Positions 9,536 to 19,394 of a stretch of DNA of 64,000 nucleotides are shown here, piece by piece. The position numbers and the translations under genes were made by a program. Source of the DNA: Verrucomicrobiota bacterium (lineage in GTDB: Bacteria; Verrucomicrobiota; Verrucomicrobiia; Limisphaerales; CANJSG01); the NCBI GenBank assembly GCA_038209745.1, contig JBBQXJ010000009.1, positions 10,499-74,498 on the forward strand, written 5' to 3'. Every line of letters begins with the position of its first letter. Position 1 is the first letter of the stretch. The notes beneath the pieces are model-generated. The model was not told the DNA's origin and did no database searches. It saw only the letters and a program-made list of their open reading frames with translations.

Positions 9536-9804
9536 GCAGCGGAGGTCAGCACCGCGTCCTGAGAACGCTCCAGTAGTCGGCACGCCAATTGCAGTGTCAC
9601 CGATGGGAAGCACTCCAGGAATTCGTCGAGGGAATCGTTGTTTTCCAGGGAGTCGAAGAGCGTCGTGACGGGAACACGGGTGGCTCTAAAGAAGGGCGCT
9701 CCCCCCCCCGGCATGTCTGGGTCCACCGTGATCAGATCCCTCGAACTCCTGGGGCCGTCATCACGCAGGATCCATCGGCTGTAAACCAGTCCGGCGCCCG
9801 GCAC
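9532..9804 (-). pseudogene. DUF433 (VapB45-like) antitoxin, probably degenerate
   Basis: ITVDPD..GG.P.F..TRVPV.TLFD.LE..DSLDEFLE.FPSVT; the nearest ATG upstream of the conserved core is out of frame; G9 tract in the GG motif. Confidence 0.7.
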
Positions 9805-10710
9805 TCACCACCGCACCGTTGCCGGGAAGAATTCGGCGATCAGGTCTTCGTAGTACGGTCGGAGGGCTTTGGCGTCGGGCTTGGCGTGGCTCTTGGTGTA
9901 GAGGTCGTAGGGATTGAAGGCCTGGACGTCCTTCAGATGCTTGCGGTCCTGGTCGTTGAGCAGATGGCCGTATGCGCCCTCGCGATGCCACGGATAGAAG
10001 CTGTGGTAGCGCAACATGTAGAGACTCTCGATGGGCAGATAGTCTTTGCAGACGTTGTAGATGTATTCGTCGTGCCCCCAGGACAGGTTGACCGCGTCCA
10101 GCCCACAGCCTTCTTCGTAGATGCCGTTCGTCGTCTGAAAGCGCGGATCTTGGCTGTCGGGATTCGCTTCGAAGAACTTCGGGAACACGATCTTCGGCGA
10201 CCATGCGCAGCCCGTCGGAAAGGTGTCGCCCACCACCGCCCACTGGGGCTCACCCCATAGGCAGAGAATCTTGCCGAGATCGTGGACGAAGCCCGTGAGG
10301 ACCATCCATCGCGGCTGCCCGTCGGACCGGAGGTGTTCGGCGGTCTGGAGCAGGTGCTCCAACTGGGAGAGATCCGTGTCGGGGTCCGAGTCGTCGACGA
10401 GCTGATTGAGATATTCGGCGGATTCCCATATCCCCATCTGTCGACGGTTCAAACCGAGGAATTCGTTTCGCTTGGCCAAGGCGAATTCGTAGGTCTGGTT
10501 GGCATGGTTCAGCCGGTAGAACTCGCGGACCGTTGGCCGGGCGTCGGCCTCGTAGTTCCGAAACTCGTCCACCTTCTTCTCCGGATCCGTGCCGACGGAC
10601 GGCGGAAGGGAGGGCGCTGAAATCGTTTCGGGATAGCGCTCTTTGTAGAAGTCTTCCACTTCGTCGAGGGACTGCAGCGGTTGGTTTTCGGCGAGCGAGA
10701 TCGGATTCAT
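9805..10710 (-). CDS. Myo-inositol oxygenase (MIOX, HD-domain di-iron)
   Basis: [61 protein letters not shown]. Confidence 0.93.
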   Translation of the reverse strand: MNPISLAENQPLQSLDEVEDFYKERYPETISAPSLPPSVGTDPEKKVDEFRNYEADARPTVREFYRLNHANQTYEFALAKRNEFLGLNRRQMGIWESAEYLNQLVDDSDPDTDLSQLEHLLQTAEHLRSDGQPRWMVLTGFVHDLGKILCLWGEPQWAVVGDTFPTGCAWSPKIVFPKFFEANPDSQDPRFQTTNGIYEEGCGLDAVNLSWGHDEYIYNVCKDYLPIESLYMLRYHSFYPWHREGAYGHLLNDQDRKHLKDVQAFNPYDLYTKSHAKPDAKALRPYYEDLIAEFFPATVRW

Positions 10711-10782
10711 GGCGGCGATGGGATTATTGAGAGTTTGGTCGCTCCGAACCGCCAATTATTCAAGCAGGAATTGGGAGGAATC

Positions 10783-11745
10783 CTACGCGCTCGACCGGCC
10801 CTGCCGCCACTTGTCCAGACCGACGGCCAGCACGATGACGGCGCCGATGATGACCTCCTGGGTGTAGGTCTGCCAGCCGAGCTGGTTGGTGCCGTTGCGC
10901 AGGATGGCCATGATCAGCGCACCGATCATCGAGCCCAACACGCTGCCCGCGCCGCCGTTCAGGCTCGCGCCGCCGATGACCACCGCCGCGATGATGTCCA
11001 GCTCCAGTCCGACGGCCACCGTGGGATCCCCCTGGGTCAGACGCGACATCTGGAGCAACCCGGCCAAACCAAACAACAATCCCGCGATGCCGTAGGTGGA
11101 CAGCTTCACCAGACCCACCCGCACTCCGCTGTAGCGCGCCGCCAGTTCGTTCGCCCCGACCGCGAAGACGTGCCGCCCGAAGACAGTCCGTCGCAAAAGC
11201 AGCGCCACGACCCCCGCGAGAACGACGACGATCCAGACACCCCAGGGCAACGGCCAGAAGCCCACCGGATTCACCCGCGCCATCAGGCCGGCCACAGGCG
11301 AGCCCGGCGGCGCGTTCACCGTCTGGTTGTTCCCCATCCATTTCGCGCCTCCCCGGACGATCCCCATCATGCCGAGCGTGACGATGAACGGCATCATGCG
11401 AAACCCGGCCACGATGCCGCCATTGATCAACCCGATTCCACCGCCCGCCGCCACGAGCGCGAGCATCGTCGCCAGCGGCGTCCACCCGGCCACCAGCAGC
11501 TTGGCCCCGAGCACGCCCGTGAAAGCCACCACGGATCCCACGCTGAGATCGATCCCGCCGCCCACGATGATGAGCGTCATTCCGAGGGCGCCGACGGCGA
11601 CGATGACCGTCTGGGTGAGGATGTTCTTGAAATTGCCGCCGGTGAAAATGAACTCCCGTTCCTCCGTCAGCGCGAAAAGCCCGCAGACCAACAGGAGTCC
11701 AAGGAACGGGCCACCGGCCTGGAGGAATCGGGAGAATCGGGACAT
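10783..11745 (-). CDS. Sugar ABC transporter permease (RbsC/CUT2 family)
   Basis: GGIDLSVG, PFIVTLG, GRHVFAVGAN..AA..SG, ELDIIAAVVIGGASL.GG.G. Confidence 0.93.
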   Translation of the reverse strand: MSRFSRFLQAGGPFLGLLLVCGLFALTEEREFIFTGGNFKNILTQTVIVAVGALGMTLIIVGGGIDLSVGSVVAFTGVLGAKLLVAGWTPLATMLALVAAGGGIGLINGGIVAGFRMMPFIVTLGMMGIVRGGAKWMGNNQTVNAPPGSPVAGLMARVNPVGFWPLPWGVWIVVVLAGVVALLLRRTVFGRHVFAVGANELAARYSGVRVGLVKLSTYGIAGLLFGLAGLLQMSRLTQGDPTVAVGLELDIIAAVVIGGASLNGGAGSVLGSMIGALIMAILRNGTNQLGWQTYTQEVIIGAVIVLAVGLDKWRQGRSSA

Positions 11746-11797
11746 CGGCGAGTTGAACAAAGCGCGGGGGTCAAGGGCGTGGTCGTCGGAACACGGT

Positions 11798-12793
11798 TCA
11801 TTCCTTCAGATACTTTGCGATCGGCGGCGCGAGGAGCGCGGCCATCTCCGGATCGTCCATGTTCTCCTTCGTCACGAGGGAAACCCCGGTATCGATCCTC
11901 TTTTCCACCTTCTTGCCTTCGAGATGCCGGACGAGGGTCATCACGCCGAGATAGCCCATCTTCACCGGGTCCTGCACCACGAGGGCCTGCACGTCGCCGT
12001 TCTTCATGTCGAGCACCGACTGGCTGCCCGAGTCGAAACCGACCAGCTTCACCTTGCCGCCCGCCCGGCCGATGTCCCGCAGCGCCTTGGTCATGCCGAT
12101 GGTCGAGGTTTCGTTGGGACAGAAGATCCCGTCCGCTTCCTTGCCAAAACGGTTCAGCAGATTCTGCGACGCTTGATAGCCGGTCTCGCGAGTCGGCCCC
12201 GAATGCTGGTCGGACGAGATCAGTTTCAGATCGGGAAACTTTTTCAGCGCGTCGAGGAATCCATTTTCCCGCGCCTCGGTGCTGGCGCTGCCCACCTGGA
12301 AACGCAGCAGGATGACATTGCCCTTGCCGCCGAGCTGCTTCCCGAGGAACTCGCCCGCCATCTGTCCGCCCTTGAAATTGTCCGTGGCCACGAAGCTCAG
12401 TTGTTTGTCCGAATTAAGATCGGAATCGATGACCACGGTCGGGATCCCCGCCTGCACCGCGCTGGCGACCGGCGCGACGAGCGCCTGGGAATCCAACGGC
12501 GCCAGCACGATCCCGCTGACTTGGCGGGCGGTGAAGTTCTCCACGACCTGGATCTGCTGGTCCCGGTCGTCTTCGCGCAACGGGCCCTTCCAGAAAAGGC
12601 GGACCTTCGTGCCCTTCGTCGCAAGCTCCTGCTCGGCCTTGACCGCTCCGGCGTGGATCGACTTCCAGAACTCGTGCGTCGTTCCTTTGGGAATGACGGC
12701 GATGGTGTAGGACTTGTCAGCCGAGAAGCCTGAAGTGGCGACGGTGGCCAACAAGGCACAACCCACCGCCAGCGCGCGAAACGGGGAATTCAT
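11798..12793 (-). CDS. Sugar ABC transporter substrate-binding protein (RbsB-like)
   Basis: Signal peptide; IAVIPKGTTHEFW, VATDN, RENGF, VGFD, VVQDP..MGY, IDTG. Confidence 0.93.
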   Translation of the reverse strand: MNSPFRALAVGCALLATVATSGFSADKSYTIAVIPKGTTHEFWKSIHAGAVKAEQELATKGTKVRLFWKGPLREDDRDQQIQVVENFTARQVSGIVLAPLDSQALVAPVASAVQAGIPTVVIDSDLNSDKQLSFVATDNFKGGQMAGEFLGKQLGGKGNVILLRFQVGSASTEARENGFLDALKKFPDLKLISSDQHSGPTRETGYQASQNLLNRFGKEADGIFCPNETSTIGMTKALRDIGRAGGKVKLVGFDSGSQSVLDMKNGDVQALVVQDPVKMGYLGVMTLVRHLEGKKVEKRIDTGVSLVTKENMDDPEMAALLAPPIAKYLKE

Positions 12794-12968
12794 GGCCGGA
12801 GACTAGGCAACGACCCGGCGCCCGGGCAAGCGGCGCGTTGCGAGTTTGAAAGCAGGAAAAAGATCTACCCGGTACAACTCCGGAATTCTAAAATCCGTTC
12901 CCCGGTGAAATCATGACCCACCCCAGAGCCACCCACGGACCGCCCCCAAACCACCGCCATTGATACAG

Positions 12969-13397
12969 ATGAAAATCGCCCTCGCCTCCGACCACGCCGG
13001 CTTCGCCTACAAGGAAAGCATCAAGTCGCTGCTCCAGGGGCTCGGCCACGAAGTCCACGACTTCGGCACAAACAGCGACGCGTCCGTCGACTACCCGGTC
13101 TACATCCGTCCGGCCGCCGAAGCGGTGGCCAAGGGCGAATGCGAACGCGGCATTGTTCTCGGTGGTTCGGGCAACGGGGAAGCGATCGTGGCCAACAAGG
13201 TTCGCGGCGTCCGTTGCTCGCTCTGCTGGAGTCCTGACACCGCCCGCTGGGGCCGCGAACACAACGACGCCAACGTTCTCGCGCTCGGTCAAAGAACCAT
13301 CTCCGAGGAGTTGGCTCTGGAGATTGTTCGCATCTGGCTGGAGACGGCTTTTGCCGGCGGACGCCACCCCAAACGGGTGGGACAGATCGAGGGATGA
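12969..13397 (+). CDS. rpiB: Ribose-5-phosphate isomerase B
   Basis: MKIALASDHAG, DYP, GGSGNGE..ANKV.G, EHNDAN, GGRH..R. Confidence 0.95.
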   Translation: MKIALASDHAGFAYKESIKSLLQGLGHEVHDFGTNSDASVDYPVYIRPAAEAVAKGECERGIVLGGSGNGEAIVANKVRGVRCSLCWSPDTARWGREHNDANVLALGQRTISEELALEIVRIWLETAFAGGRHPKRVGQIEG

Positions 13398-13480
13398 TCC
13401 TCCGTTCTGCGATGAACGCGGGAAGTCCCGATCCATCCGACCTCCGATATCTCTTCCAACAAGCCAACCAAGGAGCGGCC

Positions 13481-14374
13481 TCAACGGCTCGGGCCAAACG
13501 GCGGGCCGTTCTTCACCAGGCGGAATCCAACGTCTGGCCGTCCAAATCCGGCCGGACCGTGCATCCGTTCCTCCCGGTGGGAGCCACCCCGGATCACCCG
13601 CTCGATGTCTCCGGATATATTTCCGTAGTCGTCGGGCCCGGACGGACTCTGCTCGGGGCTCACAGCGTAGAAGCGCGGATCGTAGGCGTCGTGGCACCAT
13701 TCACGGACGTTTCCGTCCATTCCCTGCAAGCCGTTGCGATCGGCCGACACCGCATCGACTGAGACGGTCCCGGCAAACGGATTGGCGGCGGGTTCGAACT
13801 TGGAGCCCTGCGCGGCCAGCTCCCATTCCGCTTCGCTGGGGAGCCGTTTCCCGATCCACACCGCGTAGCTCAAAGCGTCGTTCCACGCGACCCAGACGAC
13901 GGGATGATCGCCACGACCTTCGAGTCGGGTGCCGGCACCGCCCGGAGTGCGCCATGTGGAGGCGTTGGTGCCCGACTGCTCGGCCAAGGTGAGGTAGCCG
14001 GTCGCTTCCACAAACTTGCTGAACTCGTCGTTGGTCACTTCGTGCCGGTCGATCCAGAAGCCCCGCACGCCCACCTTGTGCGCGGGGCGCTCGTCCGCCC
14101 GTCCTTCGACCGTTCCGAGAATGAAGTTTTGCCCGGCGATCCAGACCATTCCGACCGGGTGGGAAACCACGACGTCATGCCCAAGCGCGCCGGCGGGTTT
14201 TCCCCGGAGCCGGAAATCCTTGTCGGACCGGTTGAGAGCCAGCACGGAACCCAAGCAGATGCCGACCAAGGCGACCCCGGCGATCACTCCGATCTTCCAC
14301 GGAGGCACGGCGTGGTTCGCGGGCGAATCAGAATCTTCTTCGGGATCGGGCTTCGGATCAGGCGGTTGGCTCAT
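13481..14374 (-). CDS. Membrane-anchored FGE-sulfatase (SUMF1)-fold protein
   Basis: DERPAH.V, HEVTN..F..FV.ATGY, HPVVWV.W.DA, RLPSEAEWE, GNVREW, RGGS, GFR; N-terminal TM helix. Confidence 0.85.
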   Translation of the reverse strand: MSQPPDPKPDPEEDSDSPANHAVPPWKIGVIAGVALVGICLGSVLALNRSDKDFRLRGKPAGALGHDVVVSHPVGMVWIAGQNFILGTVEGRADERPAHKVGVRGFWIDRHEVTNDEFSKFVEATGYLTLAEQSGTNASTWRTPGGAGTRLEGRGDHPVVWVAWNDALSYAVWIGKRLPSEAEWELAAQGSKFEPAANPFAGTVSVDAVSADRNGLQGMDGNVREWCHDAYDPRFYAVSPEQSPSGPDDYGNISGDIERVIRGGSHREERMHGPAGFGRPDVGFRLVKNGPPFGPSR

Positions 14375-14485
14375 GTCGTTCAAGCGCCACAAGATTGCAG
14401 CCGGGCAGAAGGTTTGGCCAGTGGGGGAAGCGGGGAATCGCCCCGGACCATTGCCAAATCGGCGAGGGCTGATTAACAGTCCGGT

Positions 14486-15136
14486 ATGAAGTCAAACGGC
14501 CGTCTTTTCGCCGCGATCGTCGCCGGACTATTGATACTGCTGATCTGTGGGTTCATCGGGTGGCAGGTAAGCCACCGATCCGTCGCCGGGGGATCGACGA
14601 CCGCCGAGGGTCCGGACGGCGGCCCGGCGGCGACTCCTACTGCGGGCCACTCCAACAATGGAGTGGCGGTCCCACGAAAGGCGCCCAAAGAATTCGATCC
14701 CAACGCCCCGGTCCATGTTCCGCCCTGGCTGGCCAAGCTTGATTCCATCGTCACTTCCGACAACCCGTCCGAGGAGAACAAGGTGGAGCAGATGGCCGCC
14801 TTGATGCCCGGGCTTCCGATGGAGGGAAAACTCGAATATGCCCGGCAGATGTCCATCATGCTGGACGACACCAACTACACCCCCGTCGGCAAGATCCTTC
14901 TGGACCCCACGACCTCCAGCAACGTCTTCAACGTCTTTTTCACCGAGTTCGTCTCCCGCGGGAACGCCCTCAAGCTTCCGATGTATCTGGAGATGATGAA
15001 GGTGCCCAACCACATCTACAACCAGCAGGCCCGCGAGGTCCTCGCCATCTATCTGCGGCAGGATTTCGGCGACGACTACGCCAAGTGGGAACAGGGGATC
15101 AACAGCTACTTGAAGATGACCGGGGCGACCAGGTAG
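14486..15136 (+). CDS. Hypothetical membrane-anchored protein
   Basis: N-terminal TM helix, Pro/Gly/Thr linker and helical C-terminal domain; codon usage typical of the genome. Confidence 0.75.
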   Translation: MKSNGRLFAAIVAGLLILLICGFIGWQVSHRSVAGGSTTAEGPDGGPAATPTAGHSNNGVAVPRKAPKEFDPNAPVHVPPWLAKLDSIVTSDNPSEENKVEQMAALMPGLPMEGKLEYARQMSIMLDDTNYTPVGKILLDPTTSSNVFNVFFTEFVSRGNALKLPMYLEMMKVPNHIYNQQAREVLAIYLRQDFGDDYAKWEQGINSYLKMTGATR

Positions 15137-15197
15137 TCCCACAACGGACGCCGCTCCGCTTGCGGTGCGCCCCCCTCTTTGGGCAGCCTCGCGAGAG

Positions 15198-16295
15198 ATG
15201 CCTGCGTTCTATCGGTCCCTGGTCCGCCCATTTCTCTTCCGTCGTGATTCGGAGGAGATCCACAATCTGACCCTCGCGGCTTTGGGCTTCGTCGCCCGCG
15301 GCGATCTGGTCCCGGACTCGTTCGCTCCCCTGTTCCAGCCCGCACCGTTGCCGATCCGCCTCTTCGGTCTCGATTTCCCCAATCCCGTCGGCTTGGCCGC
15401 TGGCATGGACAAACAGGCGGTCGCCCTCCCAGTCTGGGAGAAGCTGGGCTTCGGCTTCTCCGAGATCGGCGGCGTGACCCGACACGCCCAACCGGGCAAT
15501 CCGGCCCCCCGCATGTTCCGCGTCGTGCCGGACGAGGCTCTGATCAACCGAATGGGCTTCAACAACGCCGGTGCCGACGCGATGGCGGCCACGTTGCGCC
15601 GCTGGAAGGCATCGGGTCTTTGGCCGACCCACCCCGTCGGCGTGAATCTCGGCAAATCCAAGATCACGCCGCTGGACCAGTCCGCCGAGGATTACGCGAC
15701 CAGCTTCGGGCTGCTGCGCGACCTCGCCGACTTCTTCGTGGTCAACGTCAGTTCTCCCAACACGCCGAACCTGCGCCAGCTCCAGAACAAGTCGGCTTTG
15801 GATGAGATTTTCGCAGCGTTGCAGCAATCGAACCCCGCCGCAGCCCCTCGCCCGATCCTCGTAAAAGTCGCACCCGACCTGTCCTTCGAAGCATTGGATG
15901 AAATCCTTGAACTCGTGAAACCGCGCCGGATCGCCGGCATTGTCGCGACCAACACGACTGTTGCCCGCCCTCCCGCCGGTGATCCCGACCGGGACCGCGT
16001 CTATGCCGAGACCGGCGGCCTGAGCGGCTCTCCTCTCCGTTCCCGGAGCACCGAGGTTGTCCGCCACATCTATCGCCAGACCAAGGGAAGCCTCCCGATC
16101 ATCGGCGTCGGTGGGATCTTCTCGGCGGCGGACGCGTGGGACAAGATCACCGCCGGCGCTTCCCTCGTCCAAGTCTACACCGGCCTGGTTTACGAGGGCC
16201 CAGGTATCGTCAGAGCCATCGTCGAGGGTCTCCGAAGTCGGCTTCAGCGCGAGGGAATGGACTCGATCCTTGCGGCCAAGGGAAAGTCCGCTTGA
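15198..16295 (+). CDS. pyrD: Dihydroorotate dehydrogenase (quinone), class 2
   Basis: NPVGLAAGMDK, INRMGFNN, NLGK, NVSSPNTP, KVAPD, TNTT, GGLSG, GVGGI. Confidence 0.96.
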   Translation: MPAFYRSLVRPFLFRRDSEEIHNLTLAALGFVARGDLVPDSFAPLFQPAPLPIRLFGLDFPNPVGLAAGMDKQAVALPVWEKLGFGFSEIGGVTRHAQPGNPAPRMFRVVPDEALINRMGFNNAGADAMAATLRRWKASGLWPTHPVGVNLGKSKITPLDQSAEDYATSFGLLRDLADFFVVNVSSPNTPNLRQLQNKSALDEIFAALQQSNPAAAPRPILVKVAPDLSFEALDEILELVKPRRIAGIVATNTTVARPPAGDPDRDRVYAETGGLSGSPLRSRSTEVVRHIYRQTKGSLPIIGVGGIFSAADAWDKITAGASLVQVYTGLVYEGPGIVRAIVEGLRSRLQREGMDSILAAKGKSA

Positions 16296-16477
16296 TCCAC
16301 GAGGAACCCCGATCGCAGGATGTCCTCAAATAACGGTCACCTTTCGACAAAAACTGGCCACCATTCGCCAATCGGTTCGCTCAATCCGCTCCGAATCCTA
16401 CCGACACCTAAGCAGATCTGTCCGATTCCGCCTTGAGTGTTCCATGGCCAAGGGATTCGATCCACATAACCGACTGA

Positions 16478-17326
16478 ATGGATCCGATCGACGAACTCAT
16501 AGCAAAGGTGCCGAATCTGCCTCCCGCACCGACGGTGGCGGTGGAACTTCTGGGACTATTCAAGGACCCCGACCGGGACATCGATCGAGTGGTGAATCTG
16601 ATCGGCCACGATCCTTCTCTGACCGCGGCGGTGCTGAAGCGCTGCGGGAGCGCCGCCCACGGCGGCAAACTTCCGACGGACGTGTTCGAGGCCGTCAATC
16701 GTCTCGGGTTCTACGAGGTCTACTGCCTGGTTGCCTCGGTCGTCGGCTCCCGCTCCATGGCGATGGCCAAGAACAGCGGGGGTCTCGATGTCGGCCGCCT
16801 CTGGACCCACGCCGTCATGAAGGCTGTCGCGGCCGGCGCCGTGGCCGACCACTGCGGGGAGGATGAAGCGCCAGCCTTCACCAGCGGACTCCTCCACGAC
16901 GTGGGCAAGCTGATCTTCGCCTCGGCGGAAACCGAGCGCTACAACGCGGTCCTGCATGAAGGCGCCGATTGGGGCAGAGGACTGGCAGAGCGCGAACAAG
17001 CCGCCTTTGGAAAAAGCCATGCCGCCGTGGGCGCCCGACTTCTATCCCGTTGGGGCCTTCCTCCCTCGATCATAGTCTCGGTGTTGAACCATCACGGCTC
17101 GCCCATCGCCGCCGGCCCTTTTGAACGGCTGGCCTCGTGTGTCCATCTCGGAAACCTCCTGGCGCACTGCAAAACCGAGGGTGAACCCACCGAGAGCAAT
17201 CTCTTCAGAGTCGCCGCCGCCGCCACCGAGTCCCTGGGGATCCGTCCTGATTCCCTCCCGGACATCCAGAAGGAATTCGACACGGGCCTGAAACGCGCCG
17301 AGAGCCTCCTTCAGATGGTCGTCTGA
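16478..17326 (+). CDS. Stand-alone HDOD-domain protein
   Basis: LPPAP, DPSLTA.VL, AV.RLG, LW.H, GLLHDVGK, HA.VG..L..RWGLP, HH. Confidence 0.9.
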   Translation: MDPIDELIAKVPNLPPAPTVAVELLGLFKDPDRDIDRVVNLIGHDPSLTAAVLKRCGSAAHGGKLPTDVFEAVNRLGFYEVYCLVASVVGSRSMAMAKNSGGLDVGRLWTHAVMKAVAAGAVADHCGEDEAPAFTSGLLHDVGKLIFASAETERYNAVLHEGADWGRGLAEREQAAFGKSHAAVGARLLSRWGLPPSIIVSVLNHHGSPIAAGPFERLASCVHLGNLLAHCKTEGEPTESNLFRVAAAATESLGIRPDSLPDIQKEFDTGLKRAESLLQMVV

Positions 17327-17355
17327 CGAACCCGTTCCCGATGATCGCTGCGATC

Positions 17356-18117
17356 TCAGCGACACCGGGGGGCGTGGCCTACGATCCCGGATTCCCCCTC
17401 CGCCACTTCTTCCGCCACCATCGCGGGATCGACGCTCCATTCAGCCGCCAATCGGGTCAGCTTCTCACAGTTCCGGGCAGGGTCTTCCGAGCCGCGAGGC
17501 GACACCGCTCCGTAGGCCGAGCAAACCATCTTCAACTCGCGCTCGGCGGCGGTCATCACGCCCTGGTTCCAGAGCACTTCGTCGGCCCACGCGTAGGCGC
17601 GGAAAACGTCCCCCGAATCCACGATGGCCCACGCATGGTGGTTCACCACCCGGTTGACGCCAAAGTATTGCACGTGGCCAAGCTCCACGCTGATCCGGCG
17701 CAAGAAATGGAAGCACTCATCGGGATCGTCGGCGGGATCGGGCAGACTGGACCCCACGACCAAAACCCATCCGTCGACCGGAGGCGAGATGAACAGCTTC
17801 TCGTCCCGCGCCTCGGCCAGTCCTTCATCCCAGGAACAAGGCAACCCGTCAGAAAGTCCGAGCGCGGTCTGGACCGTCTTGGAGGACGAAGACCTCACCG
17901 CGAGCCACCGGCCGGGACGTTCGAAAAGCAGCGCACGGATCGGACGGGAAAGGCGGTTTCCAAGACGGGCGGCGGAAGCGCGACGGCTGAACTTGAGACG
18001 CTCCTGAACCGTGCGCACGATGAACAGAGTCATCAAACCTCCGACCCCGATGCTCATTCCCAGAGGAATCAGCAGCAGCAGCCCGGTTAGCTCCGGGGAT
18101 GGATTGGCCCCTTCCAT
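17356..18117 (-). CDS. Hypothetical membrane-anchored protein
   Basis: N-terminal hydrophobic helix; FISPPVDGWVLVVG and WSVDP motifs; promoter-like TTGAAC-N16-TAGCTT just upstream. Confidence 0.7.
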   Translation of the reverse strand: MEGANPSPELTGLLLLIPLGMSIGVGGLMTLFIVRTVQERLKFSRRASAARLGNRLSRPIRALLFERPGRWLAVRSSSSKTVQTALGLSDGLPCSWDEGLAEARDEKLFISPPVDGWVLVVGSSLPDPADDPDECFHFLRRISVELGHVQYFGVNRVVNHHAWAIVDSGDVFRAYAWADEVLWNQGVMTAAERELKMVCSAYGAVSPRGSEDPARNCEKLTRLAAEWSVDPAMVAEEVAEGESGIVGHAPRCR

Positions 18118-18202
18118 ATCCCCAAGCTAGACCTCGATCACAACCGTTCAATCGGAAACTTGTCGCCATCGCAAATTTTCCGACGAGCCCCGGCGCGCCG
18201 GC

Positions 18203-19354
18203 TCAGAATCCGACCCCGAACAACCGGTAGTAGTCCTGGAGAGCATACCGGTCCGTCATGCCGGCCAAGTAGTCGCAGACCGCGCGGTGGACGCCCTCGC
18301 GCCGAATCCGCTTCCGGGACTGCTCGCCGACCGCCTCGGGGTGAAGGAGATAGTATTTGAAGAGCTCTTCCAGCATCCGGATGGCCCGGAGGTTCGGCTC
18401 GTGCACCACGGGATTGAAGTAGAGGTTCTGGTAGAGGAACTTCCGCAACTCCAAGTTCTGTTTCCGACGGCCGGCGCTGTAGCGCACCAATGGCTTGGCC
18501 TGCTTCCGCACATCGTCCGCGGAAGCCACCTTGGATTTGGCGATGGCAGCCTCGGTGGTGGTGACGACGTCCCGGACGTGGTCGTCGATCAGACAGCGGA
18601 TGATGAAATAGCGCCGGCACTCGTCGGGCAGCGCTCCGTGCGAGCGTTTCACGGCCTTGGCCGCCTTGTCCCACAGCTCCACGTGCTGGGACAGCTGTTT
18701 CTCCGAAAGCAGCCCGGAATCGAGCCCGTCGTCGAGGTCGTGGCTGTAGTAGGTGATCTCGTCGGCGAGATTGGCGACCTGGGCTTCGAGGGACGACGAC
18801 TGGGAGGTGAAGCCCAGAGCCTTCTCCGGCTTGTCGTAGGCCGTCTGGTGCTTGGCCAGTCCCTCGCGCACTTCCCACGACAGATTGAGCCCGAGAAAGC
18901 CGGGATACTTCTGCTCCAGCTCCTCGACCACCCGAAGCGACTGGCGGTTGTGCTCGAACCCTCCGTGCTTGCGCATCATCCGATCCAACACCTGCTCGCC
19001 CTTGTGACCGAACGGCGAATGTCCGAGGTCATGGGCCAGCGCGATGGTCTCGGTCAGGTCTTCGTTGAGGCGCAGGGCGCGGGCGATGTTCCGGGAGATC
19101 GCCGCCACTTCCATCGTGTGGGTCAGGCGGGTCCGGAGATGGTCTCCGGTGCCGTTCAGGAAGACCTGCGTCTTGTATTCGAGCCGACGAAACGCCTTCG
19201 AATGGATCACCCGATCCCGGTCGCGCTGGTATTGCGTCCGCCATTCCGGAGGCGGTTCCTTGGAGTTCCGGCCGCGGGTATCGGCGCTGAACTGGGCGTA
19301 GGGCGCCAAGGTCAGGCGCTCCCGCGCCTCCAATTCGATGCGGATACAGGGCAT
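18203..19354 (-). CDS. dgt: Deoxyguanosinetriphosphate triphosphohydrolase-like protein
   Basis: QRDRDRVIHSKAFRRLEYKTQV, RTRLTH, AHDLGHSPFGH.GE, FEHN, AD..Y..HDLDD, DYLAGMTD. Confidence 0.93.
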   Translation of the reverse strand: MPCIRIELEARERLTLAPYAQFSADTRGRNSKEPPPEWRTQYQRDRDRVIHSKAFRRLEYKTQVFLNGTGDHLRTRLTHTMEVAAISRNIARALRLNEDLTETIALAHDLGHSPFGHKGEQVLDRMMRKHGGFEHNRQSLRVVEELEQKYPGFLGLNLSWEVREGLAKHQTAYDKPEKALGFTSQSSSLEAQVANLADEITYYSHDLDDGLDSGLLSEKQLSQHVELWDKAAKAVKRSHGALPDECRRYFIIRCLIDDHVRDVVTTTEAAIAKSKVASADDVRKQAKPLVRYSAGRRKQNLELRKFLYQNLYFNPVVHEPNLRAIRMLEELFKYYLLHPEAVGEQSRKRIRREGVHRAVCDYLAGMTDRYALQDYYRLFGVGF

Positions 19355-19394
19355 GAAAATGCGGGGCGGAGAAAGGTCCGAGACGGTCGGGGCA

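Noticed and set aside
13481..14374. FGE/C-type-lectin fold as a diversity-generating retroelement target
   Set aside because: No reverse transcriptase, avd or template repeat in the window
18203..19354. dGTPase as an anti-phage nucleotide-depletion system
   Set aside because: Short housekeeping-type protein directly downstream of ispH with no defence-island context
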